A stretch of 64,000 nt of DNA from Planctomycetota bacterium (lineage in GTDB: Bacteria > Planctomycetota > Phycisphaerae > WQYP01), in assembly GCA_021831565.1 (NCBI GenBank), contig JAKBMM010000001.1:80321-144320 (forward strand), given 5' to 3'. Within the stretch, counting starts at the first letter, position 1, and every line of letters starts with the position of its first letter. Positions 28,960 to 39,755 of this stretch are shown here, piece after piece. The position numbers were made by a program, and so were the translations under genes. The notes beneath the pieces were generated by a model. The model worked only from the letters and a program-made list of their open reading frames with translations, had not been told where the DNA came from and searched no databases.

Positions 28960-29454
28960 ATGAATTTTTCCAACATTCGCCAGGCGATTAACAAGAATGC
29001 GGCTGTGGCGGGCATCATTGCGGCGGTCGTTATTATTGTGATGATAGCGTATCTTATCCGGCAAATGGGTCCGCCAGCCTTTAAACCGGGGGGGGCTTAT
29101 TATTTCAATACCGCCCCGGGCAGGCATTACGGCGATATCAGCATTCATTCCGCCGCCAAATATCCGCCTTTGATCGACCCCAAGACAGGTAAGCCAACCC
29201 TTGTCTTGGCCATGTTCTATACCTGCGGAAGCTGCAAGAACAAAAAGCTGGTATATCTGCAGAAATACACCAGACAGGCTAAAGCCCTGATAAAGGAAAA
29301 AGGCTCCCGCGCCCTGCTGAAGATGGGCATTGCCGGTTTGGTGGTTCGTAAGCCGGCGAAAGGATCGCGGTGGTATCCATTGAACAGTCCGCAGGGACAA
29401 CGCATCACCACCCCGCCGAAATGCGCCAAATTGAAGCCATGTGTCCCTGGATAA
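28960..29454 (+). CDS. Hypothetical small single-pass membrane protein with Cys-containing C-terminal domain
   Basis: The ORF frame spans 28792-29454. The likely start is MNFSNIRQAINKNAAVAGIIAAVVIIVMIAYLI (one TM helix), or MILPY at 28930. The C-terminal region contains CGSCKN ... CAKLKPC. No homolog recognised. Confidence 0.4.
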   Translation: MNFSNIRQAINKNAAVAGIIAAVVIIVMIAYLIRQMGPPAFKPGGAYYFNTAPGRHYGDISIHSAAKYPPLIDPKTGKPTLVLAMFYTCGSCKNKKLVYLQKYTRQAKALIKEKGSRALLKMGIAGLVVRKPAKGSRWYPLNSPQGQRITTPPKCAKLKPCVPG

Positions 29455-29496
29455 AAATGATCCCTCCGCTGTTCTCCAAAGAGGTTAACGAGGTCG

Positions 29497-30690
29497 ATGT
29501 CTTTTGCGCCGATCGATGAAGTGCTCGCGGCGCTGCGGCGCGGGAAAATGGTGGTGCTGGTTGACGATGAAGACCGCGAAAATGAGGGAGACCTGGTTTG
29601 CAGCGCGGAGTTTGTCACACCGGAAATCGTCAATTTCATGTTGCGCGAGGCGCGGGGGGTTTTATGCGTGGCGCTGACCCCGGAAAATTGCCGGCGGCTG
29701 GAACTCTATCCCCAAGCCACCTATAACACCGCGCCGCTGGGAACCGCCTTTACCGTAAGCGTCGACGCCCACCCGCGTTTTGGCATCACCACGGGCGTAT
29801 CCGCCCGCGAGCGGGCCGCAACCATTCAGGTTCTCATTGATCCGAAATCCACACCGAATGACCTGTGCCGTCCCGGGCACGTCAATCCGCTGCAGGCCCG
29901 ACCCGGCGGTACGCTGGAACGCGCCGGTCAAACCGAAGGATCGGTCGATCTGGCGCGGTTGGCCGGGCTTTATCCCGCCGCTGTCATTATTGAAATCATG
30001 GCTGCGGACGGCAGCATGGCCCGCCTCCCGCAGTTGCGGGATTTCTGCCGGCGGCGCCATCTGCCCCTTTGCTCCATCGCCCAGGTGATTCAGCACCGGC
30101 TGCAACGCGAGGCACTGGTGCGGCGGGTGGACTTCATGCCGATCCACACTACATACGGAAAATTTGATCTTGTTGTCTACGAAACCGTGCAGGACCCTCT
30201 TTTGCACGTGGCGTTGTGCTGCGGAGGCGTGGGCCGGCTGGATCCTGTTTCCGGAAAGCCGCTCGGGCATGAGGAACCGGTGCTGGTCCGGGTTCACTCG
30301 GAGCATCTGCTGGGCGATGTGTTCCAGGCGGATTTCACCGCAAGCGGGCGCGAACTCCAGAACTCATTGCGAATGATTCACAAACAGGGAAAAGGAGCCG
30401 TTGTGTACCTTCGGCAGGAATCGCGCGGCCTGGCCCTTTTAGGCAGGCTGCAAGATCTTAAAACGCGAGATCGGCGAACCGCGCCGCTTGGGCCACAACC
30501 AACTGGTCCCATGCGCAAGTCCCATCGTGCGGCGATGACGCGACGGGATATCGGCATCGGCGCGCAGATTCTACGTGACCTGGGGCTGACCCGGTTGATT
30601 CTGTTGACCAATCGGCCTAAGAAACTTCATGGCCTGGATGGGTTTGGGCTATCGGTCGCCGAACAGCGGCCTATTCCTACCGCGATCTAA
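29497..30690 (+). CDS. ribBA: 3,4-dihydroxy-2-butanone 4-phosphate synthase fused to a GTP cyclohydrolase II-like domain
   Basis: The RibB half shows LVDDEDRENEGDLV and conserved DHBP synthase motifs. The C-terminal half aligns to RibA (PVLVRVHSE...RQE.RG..LL...GIGAQILRDLG..LLTN.PKK), but the zinc-ligand Cys positions are replaced (see findings). Confidence 0.8.
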   Translation: MSFAPIDEVLAALRRGKMVVLVDDEDRENEGDLVCSAEFVTPEIVNFMLREARGVLCVALTPENCRRLELYPQATYNTAPLGTAFTVSVDAHPRFGITTGVSARERAATIQVLIDPKSTPNDLCRPGHVNPLQARPGGTLERAGQTEGSVDLARLAGLYPAAVIIEIMAADGSMARLPQLRDFCRRRHLPLCSIAQVIQHRLQREALVRRVDFMPIHTTYGKFDLVVYETVQDPLLHVALCCGGVGRLDPVSGKPLGHEEPVLVRVHSEHLLGDVFQADFTASGRELQNSLRMIHKQGKGAVVYLRQESRGLALLGRLQDLKTRDRRTAPLGPQPTGPMRKSHRAAMTRRDIGIGAQILRDLGLTRLILLTNRPKKLHGLDGFGLSVAEQRPIPTAI

Positions 30691-30709
30691 CGCCGGGTTT
30701 TTCGGCGAC

Positions 30710-30780
30710 TGGAGACGAGGGGAATCGAACCCCCATTTGCGCATTGCGAACGCGCCGTCCTCCCATTGAACGACGTCCCC
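30710..30780 (-). tRNA. tRNA-Ala (anticodon CGC)
   Basis: Hand-folded cloverleaf GGGGACG-TC-GTTC-AATGGGA-GGAC-G-GCGCG-TTCGCAA-TGCGC-AAAT-GGGGG-TTCGATT-CCCCT-CGTCTCC-A. The G3:U70 alanine identity pair is present. No encoded CCA. Confidence 0.8.
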
Positions 30781-30851
30781 ATTTCTCAACTGTTACCATA
30801 GTCATTTCCGCAGCCGCTGGCAAGGCCCAAGGCCGCTATGGGAACGGGATT

Positions 30852-31775
30852 TTAGACCTGGTACATTTTCATGCTTGTTTCCAAAGACGCCAGCGTCAGC
30901 GGAGCGAAATCGCCCAGCAGCGGACGCACATCGCACGTGTTGTCCTGCGCGGCCATGATGACCTGATCGATCTGGAACGGCAGTCCCGGTAAGGCCAAAC
31001 GGGCCAGGATCCGGCCCAGCCAGAAGGGAATTCCCACCGCCGCGCGCGACCGGCCACGCACTATGGCGCTGGCGATGGAAAGCATTTCGGGCCAGGTCAT
31101 GGCCCGCGGCCCGCCTACGACGTAGGTTTTTCCCATCGTCCGGTCGTTTTCCAGCGAGCGGACGAATATTTCCGCCACGTCGCCGACATAGACAGGCTGA
31201 ATTTTCGTAACGGCGCGCTGTCCGAAAAAACCGCCGCCGAAAAATGGCATAAACAGAAACGGTGGAGCTTGCCCAAGGCTCCAGGCGCGGAGCATGGCCG
31301 TGAATTCACCACCCGGACCATGAATAAGACTGGGGCGGAAAATGGTCCAGGCCGGCGAGCCGGCACGAACCAGTTGCTCTCCCCCCCACTTGGTGCGATG
31401 GTACGCCGAAGGAGCCTGCGGTGCCGCCCCCAGCGCCGACATCTGAATATAACGCCGCACACCGGCCTGTTCGGCGGCATGCAACACGTTGGCCGTCGCC
31501 TGCACGTGGGCTTGCTCGAATCCCAGCTCCGGCGTGGGACGAATAATCCCGATCAGGTGAATGACCGCGTCGCAGCCCGCGACGGCGCGAATCAACGAGC
31601 CGGGATCGAGCGCGTCCGCCCTTATCCATTCGATATTGGCCAAGGTTGGATCGGATACACTCCGCCGCGCCGCCGCCCGTACGCGGTATCCGCCGGCCGC
31701 GAGTCGCGCCACGACATGCCGGCCGACAAAACCGGATGCTCCGGTGACCAGAACTGTTTTGCCAATCATACGCAA
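30852..31775 (-). CDS. NAD(P)-binding epimerase/dehydratase-family (atypical SDR) protein
   Basis: N-terminal Rossmann motif KTVLVTGASGFVGRHVVARL, 307 aa. Confidence 0.7.
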   Translation of the reverse strand: MRMIGKTVLVTGASGFVGRHVVARLAAGGYRVRAAARRSVSDPTLANIEWIRADALDPGSLIRAVAGCDAVIHLIGIIRPTPELGFEQAHVQATANVLHAAEQAGVRRYIQMSALGAAPQAPSAYHRTKWGGEQLVRAGSPAWTIFRPSLIHGPGGEFTAMLRAWSLGQAPPFLFMPFFGGGFFGQRAVTKIQPVYVGDVAEIFVRSLENDRTMGKTYVVGGPRAMTWPEMLSIASAIVRGRSRAAVGIPFWLGRILARLALPGLPFQIDQVIMAAQDNTCDVRPLLGDFAPLTLASLETSMKMYQV

Positions 31776-31896
31776 ACCCTATTCCACCGCCGGCGGCGCT
31801 ATTCCTCCTCAGACATTCATATCCGGAGTTCCGGACACACACAGAACAGGAAATCCACCAATGACTTATGGCTAAAGTTAAGGACCTTGGCGGATG

Positions 31897-33423
31897 TCAC
31901 TTTTTCTGTTCGACAACGCTTTGGAATGACCCGTCGGCCAGGCGCGTGGTAACGCGCCGGCCGGAAACCGCCTGCTGTACGCGGCTGATAATCGCGCCAT
32001 GTTCATCCATGGTAATGGAAAAACCTCTCTCCAGGACGCGGTGCGGACTGGCCAAATCCAAACGATTCGCCAAGCTGGAAAGCTCCATCCGTGCGCGTTC
32101 GAGCCGTCCGGTCGCCGCCGCCGGCAGCGCCGTTTCCAAGGGTTTCAAACGCGAGAAAAACTCCACGAATCGCCAACGCGGCGAGGCCGCCTGCATCCGG
32201 CCGGCGGTCGTATGCAAGCCGGCCAGCGCTTCTTTCACGCGCCGCAAAAGCATTTCCGCCAGCCGCCGCTGGGCATCCTCCAGTCGCCGCCAACCTTGCG
32301 CGACCGCATGTCGCGGCTCAATCCGCCGCACCTGAACGGCGCGCTGTTCGGTTCTGCGCTGGTTGATGGCCAAGGCGCGCCGCAATCCATCCACCACCCG
32401 GCCGCGGAGCATGGTCAAGAAATGATTTTTTTCCGCCAGTAGCCGGGAAACGTGCGTTTGCATCAGTTCCCGGTGCGAAGCGAGTTGATCCCGGAACACC
32501 CGCACGTCCGGGATGCTCAGCTCCGCGACGCCCGTCGGAGTCGAACCGCGCAGATCGGCCACCAGGTCGGCAATGGTGGTATCCGGCTCATGGCCGATGC
32601 CGGTGGCGATCGGAATCCGGCTCGCCGCCATGGCGCGGGCGACGACCTCTTCGTTGAAGGCCCATAGATCTTCCAGGGAACCACCGCCGCGCACCAACAG
32701 GATCAAATCCACGCCGCCGATTTGTGCGGCATGGCGATTGACCATTTCAATCGCCTGGGCGATCTGCCCCGCCGCTACCGCTCCCTGCACCTGCACCGGC
32801 AGGAGCATCGTATGGAGTCCTGGAAAACGCCGATATGCCGTGCTCAGCACGTCGTGGAGGACATCGCCGGTGAGGCTGGTAATGATGACCACGTGCCGGG
32901 GCAGCTTGGGTAAAGGCCGCTTGCGGCCCGGATCAAAAAGTCCCTGGCCCCGGAGTTTTTCGTAAAGCCGGCGAAAAGCCAGCTCCAACTCGCCCGCTCC
33001 CCGCGGCAGCAATCGATTCACGTAGAGTTGCACCTTCCCCTGCGACTCATAGACGCGAATCGTCCCTTGCGCCACCACCGCCAAACCATCCCGCGGAGAA
33101 AAGCCCAGGCGAGCAAGGGCATCGCGCCACAGCACGCAGGGCAATTCGGAGGCGGAATCCTTAAGCGTGAAAAAGGCATGTCCCTTCGAATAAACTTTGA
33201 AATTGGATATCTCCCCCTGCACCAGCAAAACCGCCGGCAACTGCGCGGCCAGCGCCTGCTGAATCATGCTGTTAACCTGACTGACGGTTCGAATCGGCCC
33301 AAGCTCGGGCACAGACGGCTCCACCGCAGGCGCCGCGGCGTTTGTCCGACGCGACGACCCCCGGTCCCGGTCGGGGGAATCGTCCGGTTCAAAAAGATTG
33401 GGAATCATGTTTGTCCGTTCCAA
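31897..33423 (-). CDS. xseA: Exodeoxyribonuclease VII large subunit
   Basis: N-terminal OB-fold region (VQGEISNFKVYSKGHAFFTLKD), central catalytic region (ITSLTGDVLHDVL, LLVRGGGSLEDLWAFN) and the long C-terminal coiled segment typical of XseA. The start is 33423 or 33408. Confidence 0.85.
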   Translation of the reverse strand: MERTNMIPNLFEPDDSPDRDRGSSRRTNAAAPAVEPSVPELGPIRTVSQVNSMIQQALAAQLPAVLLVQGEISNFKVYSKGHAFFTLKDSASELPCVLWRDALARLGFSPRDGLAVVAQGTIRVYESQGKVQLYVNRLLPRGAGELELAFRRLYEKLRGQGLFDPGRKRPLPKLPRHVVIITSLTGDVLHDVLSTAYRRFPGLHTMLLPVQVQGAVAAGQIAQAIEMVNRHAAQIGGVDLILLVRGGGSLEDLWAFNEEVVARAMAASRIPIATGIGHEPDTTIADLVADLRGSTPTGVAELSIPDVRVFRDQLASHRELMQTHVSRLLAEKNHFLTMLRGRVVDGLRRALAINQRRTEQRAVQVRRIEPRHAVAQGWRRLEDAQRRLAEMLLRRVKEALAGLHTTAGRMQAASPRWRFVEFFSRLKPLETALPAAATGRLERARMELSSLANRLDLASPHRVLERGFSITMDEHGAIISRVQQAVSGRRVTTRLADGSFQSVVEQKK

Positions 33424-33620
33424 GCGGTCAACAGCAGTCAGGAACCTTGCCCATGTTTAGGGGCCGTCAAGAAATAACCTTTCCAATCTGACTTGGTCTT
33501 ATGGCCTCTGGCTACGTTGCCCGCTCGTTACAGATCCCTGCGGATATGCTCCTCGCTGGCGCCTTGCCAGAGGCCAAAATCCCCGCGTCATATTTGTAAA
33601 CCTTATTTATTGACGGCCCC

Positions 33621-34901
33621 TTATTCTTCGCCGGCGATTAAATCCCGGTAGGTTTCACGGCGGCGGATGACGCGCCAGACTGAACCGTCCACAAGAACCT
33701 CCACGGCGCGCGGGCGGGTGTTGTACTGGCTGCTCATGGCGAAGCCGTAGGCCCCCGCCGAAAATACGGCCAGCAACGCACCGCGTTGCAAGACCGGCAG
33801 CCAGCGATCGCGCGCCAGGTAATCGCCGCTTTCGCAGATGGGGCCAACCACGTCGACTTTTTCATCGCCGGGGATGCGCAGCGAGCTGAGCCGCCGCGGC
33901 GGGACCCGCGCCGCGCCGGGATTCACCGGCCAGATAAAATGATAACTTTCGTAGAGCGTCGGGCGGATCAGATCGTTCATGGCGGCGTCGACGATAATGA
34001 ACTTTTTTTTCCCCCCCTGCTTAACGTATTGGACGCGGCTGACCAGAATTCCGGCGTTGCAGGATATGGAGCGGCCCGGTTCGAGAATGACCCGCAGGTT
34101 CCGGCCGGCGAGCAACGGAACGATGGCGGCGGCGTATTCGGCGGCGGACGGGGCTTCATTTCCTTCGTAAAAAGCGGCAAAACCTCCGCCGAGGTTGATG
34201 GTATCGATCGCCACGCCCCGGTGGGCCAGACGATCGATCAGCGCCAGCGCTTTGCCGATGGCGTTTACATAAGGCCGGGGCGATTGGATCGGCGAGCCGA
34301 TATGCAGATGCAGCGCGTGCAGGCGGGCGTGGGCGGCGCGGGAGGCCTGGCTATAAAAATCGGCGGCACGATCAATATCAATGCCGAACTTGGTTTCTTT
34401 TTTTCCGGTCAGCGTCTTGCGGTGTGTGCCGCGGCTGGACACGTCCGGATTGATACGCAGCGCGGCCTGGGCCACGACGCCGCGCCGACCAGCGAGGCGA
34501 TCAAGGTTCCAGAACTCCTCTTCGCTTTCGATGTTGAACCAGCCGATGCCGGCGGCGAGCGCTTCGTTGATTTCTCCATCGGTTTTGCCCACACCGGCAA
34601 AGACAATTGTGGCCGGATCGGCGCCGATCCGGAGCACGCGAAACAGTTCTCCGCCGGAGACCACGTCAAACCCGCTGCCGCACCGGCGAAGTTCGCGCAG
34701 GATGGACAAGTTGCCGCAGGATTTGACGGAATAGCAGATCAACGGCCGCAACGGCGCGAACGCCTCGGCGAACCGCTGAAAATGGACGCCCAGGGTGGCC
34801 TTGCTGTAAATGTATGCGGGGGTGCCGACGGATCGGACAATGTCGTCCACGGCGACGTTTTCGCAATACAGCTTCCCGCGGCGATATTGGAAATGGTCCA
34901 T
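33621..34901 (-). CDS. lysA: Diaminopimelate decarboxylase
   Basis: PLP fold III decarboxylase. TPAYIYSKATL N-terminus, the PLP-lysine region ICYSVKSC, HIGSPI, the GGGF motif (INLGGGFAA) and the C-terminal EPGRSI and CESGDYL motifs. Confidence 0.9.
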   Translation of the reverse strand: MDHFQYRRGKLYCENVAVDDIVRSVGTPAYIYSKATLGVHFQRFAEAFAPLRPLICYSVKSCGNLSILRELRRCGSGFDVVSGGELFRVLRIGADPATIVFAGVGKTDGEINEALAAGIGWFNIESEEEFWNLDRLAGRRGVVAQAALRINPDVSSRGTHRKTLTGKKETKFGIDIDRAADFYSQASRAAHARLHALHLHIGSPIQSPRPYVNAIGKALALIDRLAHRGVAIDTINLGGGFAAFYEGNEAPSAAEYAAAIVPLLAGRNLRVILEPGRSISCNAGILVSRVQYVKQGGKKKFIIVDAAMNDLIRPTLYESYHFIWPVNPGAARVPPRRLSSLRIPGDEKVDVVGPICESGDYLARDRWLPVLQRGALLAVFSAGAYGFAMSSQYNTRPRAVEVLVDGSVWRVIRRRETYRDLIAGEE

Positions 34902-34922
34902 AACGAAATCATACCCGCGGAT

Positions 34923-35747
34923 TCAGGAAAAAAATCGATGCAGATAATCGAAGGCTTCCCGGGCGGCCTGCTCGGCGGTGGTTTCATAGGGATATAGTTC
35001 GACGGTAACCCAGCCGTCGTAATCAATTTCCCCCAGGGCGGTGAACAGAGCGGAAAAGTTGATCGCGCCATGGCCCGGGATCAGGTGCTGGTGCACGCGA
35101 TTGGGGGCGATGTCCTCCAGGTGCACGTGGGCGATCCATTGCCGCTGCGCGCGGAGCACGGCGGCGGGATCTTCGCCGACGCAGAAAAAGTGACCCACGT
35201 CGCAATTCATTTTCAGATTCGGATGCGCAACGCGCTGGAGAAAATCGACGCACTGGCGGCTGTTCTGTATCAGAAGGCCCGGTTCGGGTTCGACCAGCAG
35301 CATGACGCCGGCTTGCCGGGCCGCCGGCAGAACCTGGCGCAGGCCGTCTTCGTAAAGCGCCAGGGCCTCCGGGCGATTCATATCGGAAAGCGGTCCACCC
35401 GGCTCCAGCGACATGGTACGGGCGCCGAGTTTTGCCGCCAGGCGAATGCAGTCGAGGGTATGATCGATGCGCATTTGGCGCTGGCGCGGATCTTTTTCAA
35501 TCCAGGAGGGATGGTAGGTGTCGCCCAGAGCGAAAAGCGTAAAGGCATTGATGTTGGATACGCGGAGTCGATAGTCGGCGATCGTTTTCACCAGGCCGGC
35601 TACGCGCTCGTCCGGCATGTGCGGGGGCCAGGCGTGGGGGATATCCGCCATGATTTCGACGCCGCCGTAGCCGGTCCGCGCGATCACGGCAATAGCATCC
35701 TCCAGCGAGATTCGTTTGAACGCATTGGTAGAGAAGGCGAGTTTCAT
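34923..35747 (-). CDS. Sugar phosphate isomerase/epimerase (xylose isomerase-like TIM barrel)
   Basis: MKLAFSTNAF start and 274 aa with the metal-binding His/Glu pattern typical of AP-endonuclease-2 / xylose-isomerase-like TIM barrels. Confidence 0.7.
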   Translation of the reverse strand: MKLAFSTNAFKRISLEDAIAVIARTGYGGVEIMADIPHAWPPHMPDERVAGLVKTIADYRLRVSNINAFTLFALGDTYHPSWIEKDPRQRQMRIDHTLDCIRLAAKLGARTMSLEPGGPLSDMNRPEALALYEDGLRQVLPAARQAGVMLLVEPEPGLLIQNSRQCVDFLQRVAHPNLKMNCDVGHFFCVGEDPAAVLRAQRQWIAHVHLEDIAPNRVHQHLIPGHGAINFSALFTALGEIDYDGWVTVELYPYETTAEQAAREAFDYLHRFFS

Positions 35748-35843
35748 GATGGAGGATTCTCACGGAGCGGTTGCGGCGGCGGGTGCGGATCCACGCGGGG
35801 GCGCCCCGGCTCACCGGAACGCGGCGCCCTGGCCGCGGAATCG

Positions 35844-36275
35844 TCAATCGGTGATCTCGACGCCCATGGACCGGGCGGAACCGGCGAGAATTTTTTCCGC
35901 GGCTTGCACCGAGGAGGCGTTGAGATCGGGAATTTTTTCCTGGGCTAATTTGCGAAGCTGGGCTTTGGTAAGTTTGCCCACTTTATTCTTGTTCGGTTCT
36001 CCGCTGCCTTTTTCGAGGCCGAGCAGATCTTTTATCATGACCGACGCGGGCGGCGTCTTGACGAGGAAATCAAAGGTGCGGTCGCTATAGACCGTCACTT
36101 CGACGCCAACCACCTTGCCCTTGAGTGCGGCGGTGGCGGCATTGAACCGCTGGATGAATTGACCGGGATTGACGCCGTTGGCGCCCAGCACGGGACCGAT
36201 GGGCGGAGCCGGGGTCGCGGTTCCGCCGGGGGCCTGCATTTTGAATTTTTTGACTACTTCTTTGACTTTAGCCAT
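35844..36275 (-). CDS. rplK: 50S ribosomal protein L11
   Basis: MAKVKEVVKKFKMQAPGGTATPAPPIGPVLGANGVNPGQF is near-identical to the bacterial L11 consensus. GAAGGA Shine-Dalgarno and an AT-rich promoter-like stretch lie upstream. Confidence 0.95.
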   Translation of the reverse strand: MAKVKEVVKKFKMQAPGGTATPAPPIGPVLGANGVNPGQFIQRFNAATAALKGKVVGVEVTVYSDRTFDFLVKTPPASVMIKDLLGLEKGSGEPNKNKVGKLTKAQLRKLAQEKIPDLNASSVQAAEKILAGSARSMGVEITD

Positions 36276-36720
36276 GTTTGCATCCTTCTATCACATATTT
36301 ATACTTATAAATTAAAGCATATGGTCCCGCGGGTTTCCGCAACCCGCTTCGGATCCACCGCCCTGAACCACACGCACGTTCCAGCGGCCATCGTCAGGGC
36401 GGGGCGCGCGCCATTGTCGCCAGCGGCGTTTGATCGCCATGGTTCCAGCCGCCAGGGCGGTTAGAGCCGCCGCGCCCAGGAGCAGTATGCAAAACACAAA
36501 CAACCCGGCCAGCAGCAGGGGCGCCAGCACGAGCAACGCCACAAGAATCCCAATCCCGCGCGGCGTATGCGGGAACCGACCGGGGCGGGAGGCGGGATGC
36601 GACTGGTGAAATACTATACGAACCATATTTTCAACCCGCCTCGGCCGCGATCAAGGCTTTGGCCATCCCGGCGGACCGGAACGGATCGCACGGCCGGAAC
36701 GATGGACCGCGCCGGGCTCC

Positions 36721-37308
36721 TTACTGCATTTTCTCAAGCTGCCAGTATTCCACTTCCAAAGGTGTGGCGCGGCCGAAAATGGTGACAATGACGCGCACCA
36801 CACCCTTGTCGGGAAAAATCTCGTCCACATTTCCCTCAAAATTTTCGAACGGACCTTCCCATATCTTGACCCGGTCTCCCTTCTGAAAATCGACCTTGAC
36901 GGTGGGGCCGGCCTCCGGTTTTTCGGCTTCGGCAATAATCTTTTCAACCTCCTTGGGCTTGATTGGTTCGGGGCGATTCTTCTGACCGATAAAGTCGCCG
37001 ACATCCCGGGTTTCCTTAAAAAGGTCCCAGGCCCGTTCCTCCATCTCGCCGTCGCTCTTGAGCTGCATTTCCACAAACACGTAGCCGGGATAAAGCTTGT
37101 GTTCCGCAACCTTCTGCTGACCGGACTTCACCCGCTTGATGCGTTCGCGCGGCACCAGTATCCGGCCGATGAGATCGCCGAGATTTTCCATTTTGACTTT
37201 TCGTTCGAGCGCCTCGCGCACCTGGTCTTCGCGGTTGGACGCGACGCGCAAGACGAACCACTGTTTGGTCGATTCCGTCGTCTGGACCTGCGATGGCTGG
37301 TCTGTCAT
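36721..37308 (-). CDS. nusG: Transcription termination/antitermination factor NusG
   Basis: NGN domain (WFVLRVASNREDQV) and C-terminal KOW (FQKGDRVKIWEGPFENFEGNV). The start was trimmed to MTDQPSQ with GGGAA upstream. Confidence 0.9.
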   Translation of the reverse strand: MTDQPSQVQTTESTKQWFVLRVASNREDQVREALERKVKMENLGDLIGRILVPRERIKRVKSGQQKVAEHKLYPGYVFVEMQLKSDGEMEERAWDLFKETRDVGDFIGQKNRPEPIKPKEVEKIIAEAEKPEAGPTVKVDFQKGDRVKIWEGPFENFEGNVDEIFPDKGVVRVIVTIFGRATPLEVEYWQLEKMQ

Positions 37309-37328
37309 TCGATTTTTCCCGCTGTGAA

Positions 37329-37718
37329 TCACCTGATTACATGGATGGCCTTGAAAAACTGCACGAATCCGCCATCGATAAGAAACAGCAGCAACGCCAG
37401 GCCCAGCGTAAGCATAATCACCAGCCGGGTGGCCCGAAACACGGCCGGTGGAGTCGGCCAAACCACTTTGCGCATTTCACTTTCCGCAAGGATCATAAAA
37501 TCGGCATAGCGCGGCTTGTTGACCACCCAGAAGCAGAGCCAGGCTCCCAGAAGGGCGATGATCAAGGCCACCACCGCCTTGACGTAACCGGGATCAAGAG
37601 CCATGAAAGTGTTCAAGGCCCAGCGCATCCCCAGCAGAATCACGCAACCGATTCCGATGACCGTTCCCAGGCGGACATACTTACCCTGTCCCTTTTTGTA
37701 AATACTGAATGCCGACAT
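37329..37718 (-). CDS. secE: Preprotein translocase subunit SecE (3-TM long form)
   Basis: C-terminal SecE signature EMRKVVWPT plus a terminal TM helix. It sits between tRNA-Trp and nusG, as in the canonical operon. Confidence 0.8.
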   Translation of the reverse strand: MSAFSIYKKGQGKYVRLGTVIGIGCVILLGMRWALNTFMALDPGYVKAVVALIIALLGAWLCFWVVNKPRYADFMILAESEMRKVVWPTPPAVFRATRLVIMLTLGLALLLFLIDGGFVQFFKAIHVIR

Positions 37719-37803
37719 GAGCTATCCGCCGTTCCTGTTCATTCGAGTTTCCGCGGGCGGTTTCCTATTCGCCGGAACCAACCCAAAACCGCCGATTCAG
37801 AAA

Positions 37804-37876
37804 CACGACAGGCGGGATTCGAACCTGCAACCCCCGGTTTTGGAGACCGGTGCTCTGCCAATTGAGCTACTGTCGT
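37804..37876 (-). tRNA. tRNA-Trp (anticodon CCA)
   Basis: ACGACAG-TA-GCTC-AATTGGCA-GAGC-A-CCGGT-CTCCAAA-ACCGG-GGGTT-GCAGG-TTCGAAT-CCCGC-CTGTCGT-G. The D-arm and anticodon arm are near-identical to E. coli tRNA-Trp. One A:C mismatch occurs in the T-stem. Confidence 0.8.
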
Positions 37877-38284
37877 ATGTACCGGCTCAATCCATGACGA
37901 CCATCCTGTTCGCCCGGAGATCGATCACCCTCGCCGGGACGACCAGCTAAAGTATAGCACCCGATGTTCAAACCCCGAAGCGGAATTCATCGCTCCCGGG
38001 ACGATCGCCCGGGGATTACTTACCTTTCTTCATGCGATGATCGGTATGTTTCCGCAGTCGTGGCGAAAACTTCCGAAACACCTTTTTCATATCCATCTCT
38101 TTCGGATTTATACTAATCCGGTAATTCAGGTCCTTGGTCTGACTACACTGCAACCATACCCATTCACGTGCCATGAGAGAAAACTCCAAGCATCGGCGGC
38201 CGGGTGAAACAATAAAAAATACCTCGCCCAACCCCGGCCGGCTGCGCCGCTGAGGCCAAATCATGTCGCCATGATCCGGTCCAA

Positions 38285-39496
<1,212 letters not shown>

Positions 39497-39682
39497 GGAT
39501 GCAACCTCCTGTGGTCAAGAAAATCCTTACATTACCAGCGGTGGCGCCGAAAACTTCTCGGGACCAGCGCAACATATAATCTGTTTCTCTACCCGCCGCC
39601 AGAGAACTCCCGGCCACCCGTCTGTCCCGCCGGTTATTCGGAAGGCGGAGGGGTCCGGGCTCATCGGCACAGTCCCGCGGAA

Positions 39683-39755
<73 letters not shown>

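Noticed and set aside
36312-36626. 104-aa minus-strand ORF in the nusG-rplK spacer as a feature
   Set aside because: There is no start-site or conservation evidence, so it is reported as a finding rather than a CDS.
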